A DNA stretch of 64,000 nt from Dictyostelium discoideum. Lineage: Eukaryota. Below, piece by piece: positions 24,031 through 47,046 of this stretch. The notes below the pieces were generated by a model that worked only from the letters and a program-made list of their open reading frames with translations, was not told the DNA's origin and ran no database searches. Position numbers and translations under genes: made by a program. Each line of letters starts with the position of its first letter. Position 1 is the first letter of the stretch. The stretch spans positions 8,288,001-8,352,000 of the forward strand of contig CM000151.3 of NCBI GenBank assembly GCA_000004695.1. Direction: 5' to 3'.

Positions 24031-24432
24031 ATGAATAATATAATATTACCATTATATATACAACAAAAAATTATTAAATTTTGTTATTTTGATAAAGTTA
24101 ATCAATTTAAATGGAAATTATCATTATGTTTAATTTCAAAAAAACATTTTGAATATGTTTCAAAATGTTTTACAAAAATAAATTCATCAATTTTAACAAT
24201 TGATCCAAAGATTATCGTAGAGAAATTAAATAATCCATTTTGTCCATTAAAATATCCATTAATTTTAAATAATTCATTTACAATTGACTGTTTATATTCT
24301 TATATTAGACATTACCATTTTCAAAAATTATTATTAATTTTAGGAAATGGAAATTTAAATTCAATAAATTTAACATTGGATAGTAATGGGATCGTCAATA
24401 CACATTTCAACAGTGTTACCAAAATTAATTGA
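24031..24432 (+). CDS. hypothetical ORF ending 13 nt before the assembly gap; it could be the 5' exon of the downstream gene
   Basis: It is in the same frame (frame 1) as the DUF2804-like gene. It has an F-box-like N-terminus, LPLYIQQKIIKFCYF. The relation to the downstream gene is not resolvable because of the N run. Confidence 0.3.
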   Translation: MNNIILPLYIQQKIIKFCYFDKVNQFKWKLSLCLISKKHFEYVSKCFTKINSSILTIDPKIIVEKLNNPFCPLKYPLILNNSFTIDCLYSYIRHYHFQKLLLILGNGNLNSINLTLDSNGIVNTHFNSVTKIN

Positions 24433-24444
24433 ATCAAATAATGA

Positions 24445-24544
24445 NNNNNNNNNNNNNNNNNNNNNNNNNNNNNNNNNNNNNNNNNNNNNNNNNNNNNNNN
24501 NNNNNNNNNNNNNNNNNNNNNNNNNNNNNNNNNNNNNNNNNNNN
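24445..24544. other. assembly gap (100 N)
   Basis: A literal run of n. ORF 24386..24757 spans it and is meaningless. Confidence 0.98.
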
Positions 24545-24719
24545 AATAAAAAAATAAAAAAAAAACCTTTTCTATATATATTAATATATATTTATTTAAT
24601 TATTTTTTTACTTTTTTTTATTTTTTTTATTTTTTTAATTTTTTTTTTTTTCTTGCACAATTTTTTTTTTTTTTTTTTATTTCATTTTTTTTATTTTTTT
24701 TATTTTTTTATTAATGAAG

Positions 24720-25866
24720 TAATCAAATTGAAATTAAAGAAAATGGTGAATTATTAGATGAAAATGGTATATTAAAAATAAAAGGATGGTCAAGACAACC
24801 CTATTTAAAGTATAACCCAGAACAATTATCAAAATTTAGAAAATCATTTAGATTAAAAGAATGGAATTATTACTCAATTGGATCCAATAGTTTTTATTTT
24901 GCAGTTGTCGCTATTGATCTAGGTTATGCATGTATTTATCAATGTTTTTTCATTGATTTTGAAAAGGATTATAAAAATTTAAATGAAAATCAACCACAAC
25001 AACCATCAGAACCATCAGATTATATTATGGATGAAATTAGATTTGCAACACCATTCTCAAAAGGATTATGTTTACCATCAGATAGCTGTGAACATGGTTG
25101 TCATACAAAATATGATTCAAATAACTTTTCAATTGAATTTAATTCAATTTGTAGTGAACATCTTAATAAAGATGATGAAAGTAGTGATAGTAATAATAAT
25201 AATTCAAAAATTAAACATCATATTAAATTTTATAGTAAAAAGGGTCAACTTGAAGGTGATATAGTATTTGATTTATCACCAACTAGAGAATCAATTGTAT
25301 TGATGACACCAATTGGTAAAGAGAATTTCTACTATAATAGAAAAACAAATTTGATACCAGTTGGTGGTAGTTTAAAAGTTAAAGGTGTAGAACAATTAAA
25401 TGGTGACATCAATTCAATTGCAAATGATTGTTTTGGTATTATGGATTGGGGTAGAGGTATTTGGGAATATAATAGCTTTTGGTTATGGTCATCTGCTTGG
25501 GGTAAAGTCGATGGAATTCCAGTTGGTTTAAATTTTGGATCTGGTTTTGGTGATCTTTCAACTCATACTGAAAATGGAGTAAATGTGAATGGAATCGTCC
25601 ATAAATTAGGTCATGTAGATATAGAATACAATGAATCAAACCTAATGGAACCTTGGAAATTCATTTGTAAGCATGGTAGATTTGGTGAACAACCTCTCAT
25701 CTTTACTCCATTCAAAAAGAAGTATGATAATAATGATTTCACCGTTTTCATTTCAAGTTTTCATCAAATTCTTGGTACTTTTACTGGTGAAATCATTTTA
25801 GATGATGGTAGTAGATTAAAAATAAATTTAATTGGCTTCTCTGAAGTTCATAAAGCAAGATGGTAA
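24720..25866 (+). CDS. conserved hypothetical protein resembling bacterial/fungal DUF2804-type proteins; its 5' exon is missing (gap)
   Basis: The frame is open from AG 24718-24719 with no ATG until 25027. The upstream part ...LDENGILKIKGWSRQPYLKYNPEQLSKFRKSFRLKEWNYYSIGSNSFYFAVVAIDLGYACIY... and the downstream NSFWLWSSAWGKVDGIPVGLNFGSGFGD...ENG...H.L...WKF...F.P...GEIILDDGSRLKINLIGFSEVHKARW follow the beta-rich pattern I associate with DUF2804. The family assignment is from memory and needs HMM confirmation. Confidence 0.45.
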
Positions 25867-25986
25867 AATTTTAAAAAATAAAATAAAAAAATAAAATAAA
25901 AAAATAAAATAAATAAATAATAAAACAAAGTAAATAAAATAATAAATAAATTTTTACAAAGAGAAATTAAAAATAGGCAAACTATT

Positions 25987-26083
25987 ATTTTATTTTATTT
26001 TATTTTATTTTATTTTATTTTTATTTTATTTTATCTTATTTTATTTTATTTTATTTTATTTTATTTTATTTTAATTGTTTAAC
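25987..26083. repeat. (ATTTT)n microsatellite
   Basis: attttattttatttt... has about 19 units. Confidence 0.9.
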
Positions 26084-26375
26084 AATTTTTTATTTTTTTT
26101 TTTAATATTAACTTTATGGTTTAATTTCAAAAAATTGGTGTAAAAATAAAAAAAAGATTTTGGATCGCAAAAAAAGAAATTTTTTTTTTTATTAGAAAGT
26201 GCACCAAAACACCTTTCCGAAAAAATCTGGTATTTTTTTTTTTTTTAATTTTTTTAATTTTTTTTTTAAGCAAAAATTCGTGTTAACTTTTGACCAACAG
26301 TATCAATTAAAGATAACAGTCAAAAAACAATCATTCTTTATTTTTAAAGAAAACCTTTCTCCTATCTTCATTTTT

Positions 26376-26418
<43 letters not shown>

Positions 26419-26605
26419 ACCAATCAATCAATTAATCATTACATTATTATAAGATATTAGATCACAACTAAATTATTATTTTTTTTTTTTTTACAAAAAC
26501 ACATAATATTATTTATAAGATTATTAGATCATAACTAAATTTTTTTTTTTTCTTTTTATTAAGCTTTTCAATTTTGAAAAGACACCACAACTTATTTTTT
26601 TATTG

Positions 26606-26650
<45 letters not shown>

Positions 26651-27176
26651 AGGTCCAAATCTTTTTTTATTATTTATTTTTTTTTTTTTTATAATTTGAG
26701 ATTAAAATAAAACTAATGAATTAAAAACAAATAACCGAACCTATTACAACAATTGACCTTGATATTTCTTTTGGAAGTACAACTAGAGATTTAAGAACAT
26801 CACAACGCTTACCATGGTTTTTTACCAAACAAATTGGTAAACTTTTTTTTTTTTGACCTTAAGGTTTTAAAAAAATATGAGAGTTATCAATTAAATCTTT
26901 TTATTTTTTTTTATTCTGTTGGTTATAATAAAAACTTTGACAGTCACCTGTTTTTTTTTTTTTTTTTTTCGCCGCCTTTTTTTCTTTTTTTTTTTTTTCC
27001 TTTCCCTTTTTTTTTTTTTAACTTTCCCTTTTTTTTTCTTTTTTTTCCTTCCCTTATTTTTTTTAATTAAATTCCTTTCCCTTTTTTCTCCATGGTCCGA
27101 AGTAATAAAAAAAAAAAAATTGGTTAGCGAAATCATTTTTTGAGTTTGAACTTCAGTGGTGAAAATTAAATTTATT

Positions 27177-27229
<53 letters not shown>

Positions 27230-27295
27230 GGTCAGAAAATCAAAAAAAAAAAATTAAAAAAATTAAAATTTGAAAAGTTTGAGCTTGATTTTTTA

Positions 27296-27327
<32 letters not shown>

Positions 27328-28108
27328 GTTGAATCAAAACCCCCATTACTAAAAATCTCAACTGAACTTTTCTTTTAATGAAATTAAAAAAACATTTTTT
27401 TTTAATTTTTTTTTTTTTTTTTTCAAAATTCGTGTATGCTATCACTATCATCATCACCCAATGGTTTTTTAAAATTAAAGAAAACCGTACTATTAGCTTG
27501 AAAAACAAAAAAAAAAAATCAATTTTCTAAGTTTTTTTTTTCTTTTTTTTTTTTTTTTTTTTATTATTTTAATTTTTAATCACCAATCATAATAATATCA
27601 AAATACATATAATTTTGTGGATTTTTTTTTTTTCTCTCTTTCAAGTTCATTAATAATTTTTTTTCTCTATCATTTTTTTTTGATTTTGTGTAAGTGCCAA
27701 AAAACACCCATCAATAGATATTTTTTTTTTTTTTTATTCCATTTTTTTTTTTTTTTTCAACTGATTTTACACAAAAAAAAAAAAAATAATAAAAAAAAAA
27801 AAAATAATAAAAAAAAAAAAAAAAATTCTTCCAATTTTTATTTTCAAAGACTCCAAAAATGATTTTATCAATATTACCATTTTAAATTTGATTTCCCACC
27901 AAAAAAAAAAAAAAAAAAAAAATTATATTTTTTAAAACAGACCAATAAAATAAAAAAAAAAAAAAAAAAAAAAAATATTTTCCAATACCGATTTAAAAAA
28001 TATAAAAATAAAAATATAAAAATAAAAATAAAAATAAAAATAAAAATAAAAATAAAAATAAAATTAACTCCAAAACAAAAAAAAAAAAAAAAATTAAAAT
28101 AAACCAAA

Positions 28109-33865
<5,757 letters not shown>

Positions 33866-34083
33866 TTAAAATAATAAATAATAATAATAAAAGATATATT
33901 TTTTTTTTTTACCATAAGCACAAGTGGTAATATTGTAAAAAACCAATCATACTTTGTTTTTTTTTTTTTTTTTTATTTTTTAAATGTTTTTTTTTTTTTT
34001 TATTTTTTTTTTTTTTATTTTTTTGATCAAAGCAGTGTTCTAAAAATAAATATAAAAAAAAATAAATAAAAAATAAAAAAAAA

Positions 34084-35474
34084 ATGATAACAGAAGCATC
34101 AGAACAAGAAAAGATTTTAGATATATTATTTGAAGAAAAAAAAGAAAAAGTTGCATTCGTATGTGGTAACACATACCAAGATAATCCAGATTATAGGAGA
34201 TTATCAAAGGTAGAAAATGATGTAATAAAAATGACTGAAGTATTAACTAAATGTGGATTTAAATGTTATCAATGTTTAAATAAAGATTCAATTCTTATTC
34301 AATTTGATAAATTTTTAAAAAGTATCGTATTTGGACTTCATATGGAGATTGTATTTTATTTTTCAGGTCATGGATTTGTAGGAAATAATAATAATAATAT
34401 TAATAATAATAATATTAATAATAATAATAGTAATAATGAAGATAAATTTATGGGTAAAAAACATCTTTTATTAGTAAACAATATAAAGAGAAATAATGAA
34501 AATGAATTACCATTGAATAAGAGATATGCATCTTTAATTGATATAGTTAAAAAATTAGAAGCAAAAGAAGCAATTATTAGAACTCGTCAAAGAAAGAAAT
34601 TAGATGAAGATTTTCAAGAGGCTTATCAACCTATTGATGAAAATGCATCAACTGAAGAAAAGGAAAAAAACCAACAAAAGAAAAAATTAAATTCAATGTT
34701 TTTAGATATAGAATTTAGAAAAGTTTTTATTTTAGATTGTTGTAGAAATGATTTAAATTTAAAAAATTATATTGAATCTGAAAAACTTGAAAATATGGAA
34801 AGACCAGGTATATATATATATATATATATTTAAAAAATAACAGTATTAGTAAAATTTAATTTATTTACTAATTATTTTTTTATAAAATAGATACAGCATT
34901 TTTATATGGATGTACACCTGGGAGTGTTAGTTATATATTATCAAATGATGAAAACTCTTTATTGACGTCATGTTTTTTACGTAGAATTCAAAGTGATGAA
35001 AAAAAAGAAAAAAGTAGAAATTTATCAAAAATTGCTAAAGTTATTCAAATTGATATTGCAAATAAATTGAGTGGTTTAAAATCATGGGGTAGGGATGTTA
35101 AAGATTGTTTTGATAATTTAAAAAAATTAACTATTACTTCTGAAACTACTACTACTACTTCTACTACTACAACCCTTACTGAAACTGATAATGAAAGCTC
35201 ATCTAATCAAGAAAAGAGAGTTTTCAATGCAACTTTTTCAATAGAAGCAGCAGCAGCAACAACAATAGAACAACTTAACTCAAAAATTATTCAAAATGAA
35301 AATGAAATTGAAATTGAAAAAGAAAAAGAAAAACAAATTGAAAAAGAAAGAATTGAATTAATTGGAGATATACCACCAGAAATATTTAGTAAAATTTTAA
35401 AAGTGAAAACAAATTTATTATATGGTGATATTACTATGGGCAATTTTATATTTTATGACCAAAAAAAAAAATAA
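34084..35474 (+). CDS. paracaspase-like protein (peptidase C14 caspase fold)
   Basis: The exons are 34084..34807 and 34890..35474, with an intron GTATAT(TA)n...AAATAG. It has the catalytic-dyad motifs YFSGHG (His) and ILDCCRN (Cys), at caspase/paracaspase spacing. The motif region VAFVCGNTYQDNPDYRRLSKVENDVIKMTEVLTKCGF precedes the His. Exon 2 begins DTAFLYGCTPGSVSYILSNDENSLLTSCFLRRI, which is small-subunit-like (GS-S----G-S-F---L). Confidence 0.5.
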
Positions 35475-35638
35475 AAATTGATTTAAAACATGATGATCTA
35501 ATATAAAAAAAAAAAAAAAAAAAATAATAAAAAATCATAGCGGTTACATTCGTTTTTTATATTTTATATTATTTGGGGTATTTTTGAGTGTTCCATTTAT
35601 ATATACTAAAAATAAATAAAATTAAATCGTTAGAAAAG

Positions 35639-35676
<38 letters not shown>

Positions 35677-35687
35677 AAATGAAAAAG

Positions 35688-35735
<48 letters not shown>

Positions 35736-35827
35736 TCACTGATTTTTTTTTTTTATAATTTTTTTTTTTTTTTTTGTATGTTCTTTGTGAACAAATAATG
35801 CTCATTTTAAGCAAACTATTAAACTAA

Positions 35828-40506
<4,679 letters not shown>

Positions 40507-40999
40507 AAATAAAAATTTAAAACAACCTCATTGCCACTTAAATATATAAAACCATTACCATTACTATTTGTTATAACAAATTTATGAAATTTATATAAAT
40601 ATGAAAAATAATAAAAATAAATTTTAATAATTTGGTGATTTTTTTTTTTTGATATTAATTAATTATGAGTTAAAAAATAATATTATATTATGGAAAATAA
40701 AGGAAAAAAGAGTTTATTAATTTTTATTAAACCAAAATGGTTAAATTTAATCCGATTTGGGAAAAAAAAAATATATAAATTCTTTTTTCCCTCCATTTTT
40801 CATTTTTTTATTTTTTTTTTATTATTAAATTGTTTTTTTTTTTATTATTAAATTGGTTTTTTTTATTATTTAATTAGTTTTTTTTTTCATTTCTTCTCAA
40901 AACCAAAATATTTTCACAAACACTATTCATTTAGTTATTCAACCAATATTAATTAATTTTATTATCATCATCTAATATTACTTTTTAATCATTATTTAA

Positions 41000-43264
41000 A
41001 TGCCAAAATTCTCAGATTATAGTTCATTATTAGCCCATTTAAAACAATGTGTAGAAAAAGGAAGTAAAGAACATACCAACGCTGCTATAGTAGATTATAT
41101 TAATTGCTATTCTGATTTAGAAATTGAAGAAAGTCAGGATGACAAAATAAATAATCAGTCAATCAAAAAAGAAATTGAACCAATTATTTATTCATTGATT
41201 GCCAATACATTCAAGGGAACACAAGTACTAAATACAAACAACAATGCTTCCACGTCTCCAATCACTGCAACATCAGATAATACACCACCTCCAACACCTA
41301 ACTTTACACCAGCGTCACCTGAATCAATTTTAAAAAAACCAAAGCCAATCCCATTAAGATTTAGCACCAATGGCGTAATAAATTCTTGTGAAAAAAATAC
41401 AAAGTACTATTACCTTGACCCAAGAGAATGTGAAGAATTAAAAAATAAGATGATATTAGGTCAATTTATATTGTTTTATGGAACAAGGTCATCAGGGAAG
41501 ACTACAACCTCCATTACTGTATGTGAACTTCTCAATAGTATTAAAGGTCATTTGTCTATTTTGTAAGTAACCATAACAAATTCATACCTTTTTTATGTAC
41601 AAATCGAATGACATTTATATTTTTTTTTTAAAAATTACAATCTAAAGTATCGACCTTCAAGGTCAAGTTATAAATAGTTCTTTAGATTTTTGGAAAGTGT
41701 TAATCAATTCAATTAGAATGCAATTAAGTATTGATACACCAACCACTAAAGAAATTGATGAAATGAGCATACGTCAATTAAAGGATTTAATTACCTTCAA
41801 TAATAGGAAATCGTTATTATTCAATAAAAAGGATGTCCATTTATTTATAGATGAATTTAATAATATCTCTGATGGAGGTGAAGAAACGATAACTCAAGTT
41901 TTATCGGATTTTAGGGAATGGAAAAATCAATCATCTTTATCAGCGATTAAAGTAAGTACTAATGCTAAAAAAAATGATAAATCGTTATAACCCTTTTCTA
42001 TAAATGATTAAATAATTAACCATTTTTACAAAAATAGTCTCTTATGGTCATTGGAACCTTTTCGATTTTAGATTTTAATACCTCAAATACAAATACTTCT
42101 CCATTCAATATTGCTCAAAGTTTTAAAGTTTTAAATTTTCAAAAAGAAGAGGTTGAGATATTATTTTCAAAATTTCAGAAATCTAGTGGTGTAGAAATTT
42201 ATCCACAAGTTATTGATGATATATTCATTATTACCAATGGCCATAAAGGACTTGTCAATTTAGTTGGAGAGATTATTCAAACTTCTCTTGAACCAAATAT
42301 TACAAAAAATGTATGGGATCATTTAATTAATAAGCAATTAATGATAAAATTATCGAAATACAAAACTGTAACAAGTATGACTCGTTGTTTAAACACTGGT
42401 TCAATTGATTTTTTAAAGACAATTAAAGATATTTTATTTAAATCCTACTATTCAGATACACCAATAAGCAAAACAATTGAATCGAATTACCTTGCACATG
42501 AAGGGATTTTATCTCAAGAGTAAGTATCATGATTTAGTTTATTAAACCAATATAATTTATTAATATTTTTTTTTTTAAAAAAAAAAAGTATTGAAGAAAT
42601 AAATGTTTTTAATTTTTCATCAAATATAATAAAAAATTTGGTTCTTCACCACCTCAGATCAAAAACAGCTATCGTAGGTTCTGTTCCATTTATAGGAGAC
42701 AATAAAGAACGTATTGATGTCCAACAATTAATTATTAATGCCGCCAAACAAATTAGTCCTTTAATTATAATCAACGCAATTCAAAGAAGTTTTAAAAAAT
42801 GTACCATTAGAACATCACAATTTGGACAAAAAGTTCCATGTGAATTTATTTACACAAATGAAATGTCAATTTATTTGACATTAATTATCAGTGAACGTGC
42901 AAATTCCAATTCACGTTACTATATCTCACCAAATAATAATATATTATACAATAAAAAAACATATAGACCCGATCTTGTAATTGGCAATGAATTATTGGGT
43001 CGTTATGTAATATTGGAGTTTGTCGCTACATCATCTAATGAAGACGTAAATGGACACATAGAAAGAACTCGCCTCTATATTGAAAACTATCCTGGTGCAA
43101 CTGAGGGTTGGGTAATTCATTTTACAATGGTTCGTGTCTCTAAAACATATCAATACCCAAAAGTACCAGTCAAGTATACAAAAGTTGGAATAATTCATAT
43201 TTACCATGATGAAAAATATTCAAATTTGGAATTCACCATTTATCCACCCGTAACCCAAAGTTAA
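41000..43264 (+). CDS. P-loop NTPase of archaeal-ATPase type (ATPase_2/Arch_ATPase-like) with a C-terminal DUF234/PD-(D/E)xK-like domain; 4 exons
   Basis: The exons are 41000..41562, 41648..41951, 42038..42519 and 42589..43264. All introns are GTAAGT...AG at phases 2/0/2 and link four ORF-track ORFs. Walker A is FILFYGTRSSGKTT and Walker B is VHLFIDEF. The sensor/wing motif IFIITNGHKGLVNLVGEII resembles the TGG-P-YL motif of PF01637-type ATPases. The C-terminal roughly 200 aa (...YRPDLVIGNELLGRYVILEFVATSS...) has a restriction-endonuclease-like D...E-x-(K) core, with K replaced by V. Confidence 0.55.
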
Positions 43265-43504
43265 AAAAAAAAAAAAAAAAAAATAAAAGAAATAGTTTCT
43301 AAAAAATAATATTAAAATACAAGATTTTTCTTTTTTAAATTTATTGTGTTTTCTTTAAGTTTTTCTTCTTCATTTTTCTCTCTTTGTGGAAAATATATAT
43401 TTTTGGAATATGTTTAAAAAATAAAATAAAAAACCAGTTTCTTTTTTAAAATATTATTACAATGTTTATTTTATAATTTTTTTTTTATGATTAGTTTGTG
43501 TGTG

Positions 43505-43536
<32 letters not shown>

Positions 43537-43576
43537 ATATTCGCTACTGTTGCATTAAAATTAATTTTTTTTTTTT

Positions 43577-45240
43577 TTACTGTTCTATATTTTCATCACC
43601 ACTGTTAGCACTTATATTAAGATTTTGTAAAGAAGAATGAGGAGATAAAGCTGGAGAAGAAGGATGTTGGGTTGGAGTTGAAGAGGAAGAACTATGTTTG
43701 GAACTATTATTATTATTATTTGATTGTTTTTCAGTAGGTGGTGGATCATCAGCTTCTAAAGAACCTAAAGCATGAGTAAACACTGATAATTGTTCACGAT
43801 CTCTACTAAGGTAAGAACCAGAGATATGTAAATAATGACGTTTAATAAATGATTGAATCACTGGGATATCTTGTTGATAAACTTCATTCAAAGTGATTGA
43901 AGAATCCCATTCAGTAAGATCCGATTGTTTAACTTGATCAAAGAATGTAGTGATCACTGGTTTCCAAGCATCCATTGATTCATTCAATTGTTGTGAACCT
44001 AAAATACTAGCCATAAATGATTGATTGGTACCGAAATTCACAAACATTGTAGATAAGAATGCCAATACCTCCAATGCTTGATCCGATGGTATAACATGGA
44101 ATAATTGATGTTGATGTGGTCTTGCAACAACTGGTGCAAATACTCTACTAAATAATAAACATCCAATTGGTGGTGATTTTGAACCTGGTGATAATTTATT
44201 TAATCCATTTTGAATTTCAATTGATGCTTTTTTAAATGGTCTATAAATAATTAATAATAAATAATTAATATTTAGAAATTTATATAGATATTATTAATAA
44301 TAATAATAATAATTAAACTTACGGTGGTAAATATTCACAAGAACCTTGGAAAATATTTAAAACATATTCAAATTCTGCTATTAAATTTGTAATACCTTGT
44401 TGAGTATTAATACGATAATTATCATGATAATTTATAATATTTGTAATTGATTGATCGAATAAATATTTCAAATAAGGTGTAGATGATGGTAAATTTGCAA
44501 TCTCTTCAATGAATTCACAAGAAACTATATCATATGGTAAGAATGTACCAGTCATTGAAATATTTGGTAAATCCGATTGTACCATCATTATCAATAATTC
44601 AGATAATTGTCCTCTTGCTTCAAATATACGCACTAAATTTGGTATGAAATGAATTGGTGGTGGTGGTACAACAATTGGTGTATTTGGTGGTGGTGGTGGT
44701 GGAAATAATTCATTCTTTCTAATCTCTGATAATAATTTCCATAAATAAAATGGTGGTGATACTAATAACTATATATATATATATAAAATATATTAATAAT
44801 TAATATTTTAATCATGATATTGAATTTAAAATAAAAATAAAAATCACATACATCGATAATTGGTTGATGTTTTAAATCTTCTTCTTTTTGTAATTCTAAA
44901 ACTCTTCTTGCATCTCTTTCAATACTTTCTTTTTGGAAATAATCTTGTTCATTAAGACACCAAGTTCTTAAACTATCGATATAAGTTTTAATACCTGCAT
45001 ATTCTGCATAAGCATTACCATTTAATAATTGCATAGATTCATAATGTAATACTAATAAATCAAGAAATTCTGTATGCATTCTATTCTCTGTATCTGTTAA
45101 ATAATATATATATTCATTCTTTACATTTTCATAATTTTGTTTTAATTTTGATTTTTCTTTTTCATACTAAGAAAATAAAATAAAATAAAATAAAATAAAA
45201 TAAAATAAAATAAAATAAAATAAATATTTTGTTTTTTTTG

Positions 45241-45271
<31 letters not shown>

Positions 45272-45980
45272 ATAATAATAAAATTAAACTTACATTATAA
45301 ATTTTAAGAATATCAATTTTCTTTTGAGTTTGTTGATGTTTAATTTTTGAAATTATATTTTCATATTCTTGTACAGCTTTATCAAACTTTTTTCTATATT
45401 GTTTTTTTTCATCGATTGCACCAATTAATATTTGAATTGGTTTAATTAAACCTTCCATCACTGAATTGATCCATTCTGATTCGAACCCACTAGTTTTTGT
45501 AATTGAACTTGTGAATTGTTCTAATGCTCTAATGAAACCAAGATTAGAATCAGAGGTTGATGTTTCACCATTACCATTGGCTGCTGCTGCTTGTTGTTGT
45601 TGTTGATAAACTTGTTGAGCTGAACTTGAATGAGTAGTTGATTTTTCATAATCTTTTGAGAATGATTGTGACCATTTGACTTGAGTTTTAGCAAACTGTT
45701 CACCACGATCATAATAATTTTTACAACTTTTTATAATATCATTTAATAAGACTTTGATATCATTTAAATTCTTTTCTGATAATTTAATTTCACTTGGTTC
45801 GATCACTTTTTCATTGATAGCTTCTCCAAATGGTGTATTGATTATTGATGTATCTGGACTACTACCACCACTATTACCATTACCACTTGTGTCAATATAA
45901 ACACTACTTCTATCACCTGCTGTTCCACCTGTCATATTCATAGAACTACTTTTTCTTAATAAATTTGTAAATTTTGACAT
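43577..45980 (-). CDS. BAR-domain protein with a RhoGAP-like C-terminal domain (GRAF/oligophrenin-like architecture); 4 exons
   Basis: The minus-strand exons are 45980..45294, 45166..44852, 44768..44323 and 44240..43577. The introns are GTAAGT...CTTAG, GTATGT...TATAG and GTAAGT...TTATAG. Exons 1-2 encode a BAR-like three-helix region (...YDRGEQFAKTQVKW...KKQYRKKFDKAVQEYENIISKIKH...). There is a poly-Pro linker. Exons 3-4 show RhoGAP-like blocks (LPYDIVSCEFIEEIANLPSSTPYLKYLFDQ resembles DVH-VA-LLK-YLRELPEPLLT-LY; IGCLLFSRVFAPVVARP resembles NLA-VFGPTLLRP). The expected arginine-finger position reads RIFEARG, so the domain may be catalytically inactive. Confidence 0.5.
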
Positions 45981-46580
45981 TTTATTATTTTTCTATTTTT
46001 CTATTTTTTATTTTTTTTTTTATTTTTTAAACTATCTAACCGCTACTAGTAGATTTTTTTTTTTTTTTTTTTTTTTTTTCTAAAAGAATTATTATTATAA
46101 AAACTAAACTTTGCTGTTTTCTTTTTTTTTATGTATTTTTTATTTTTAAAAAAAGAAGAAAATTATTTTTTATTTTTTATTTAAATTCTTTTTTTTTTTT
46201 TTTTTTATTTTATTTTATTTTATTTAATTATTTTTATTATTACAAAACCCAATCTTAAATTTTTTTTACTATTGTTTCAAAAAAAAAAAAAAATAAAAAA
46301 AAACTTAAATGTGTGTGGGAAGGGGGAGGGGGTGTGAAAATAAAATAAAAAATATATAAAAAAATAAATCACAAAATGGGTGAGAATAAACTAATAGATA
46401 TTATTTTATTATTACAACAAATAAATTTAATATCACAATATTAATGAAATTATTGTGATGTGTTATTGAATATATTATTAGTTATTAAAAAAAAAAAAAA
46501 AAAAAAAAAAGTAATAAAACAAAATAAAAAAAAGATATAATTCAAGAAAAAAATAGGTTTTTTTTCACTCCTTGACTAAA

Positions 46581-46613
<33 letters not shown>

Positions 46614-47011
46614 ATCAAGGTTTTGTAAAACATTATTTGAAAATTTTGAAAAAAAAAAAAAAATCGATTTGTGTGCCATTAGAAAAAAAAAATAATAAAA
46701 AATAAAATAAAATAAAAAAAATATAAAATAAAAAAAAAAAAAAAAAAAAAAAAAAGCCATTTCCAAAATATCTAAAACAATGGAAAAAGCAAAGATATAA
46801 TTTTATAATGTTTATGGGTTGGAAACCACATTTTATTGAAAATATCCATCAGTGTAGTTGTCCAACCAATAAAAAAAAAAAAAAAAAAAAAAGTTCAAAA
46901 ATTGACTAAAAGAATCACAAAATAAAGAAAACAAATAATATTAATATTATTCTTTTTTATTTTTATTTTTATTTCCTTTTTTTTTTTTTTTTTTTTTTTG
47001 CTTACTTTAGT

Positions 47012-47046
<35 letters not shown>

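Noticed and set aside
24386-24757. ORF spanning the N run
   Set aside because: It translates 100 N as X residues, so it is an artefact of the assembly gap.
26199-28107. Cluster of 70-80-aa ORFs (poly-F, poly-K, poly-R/K)
   Set aside because: They are intergenic homopolymer and (AAAATA)n/(TTC)n repeats upstream of the giant gene. They have mutually overlapping frames and no start context.
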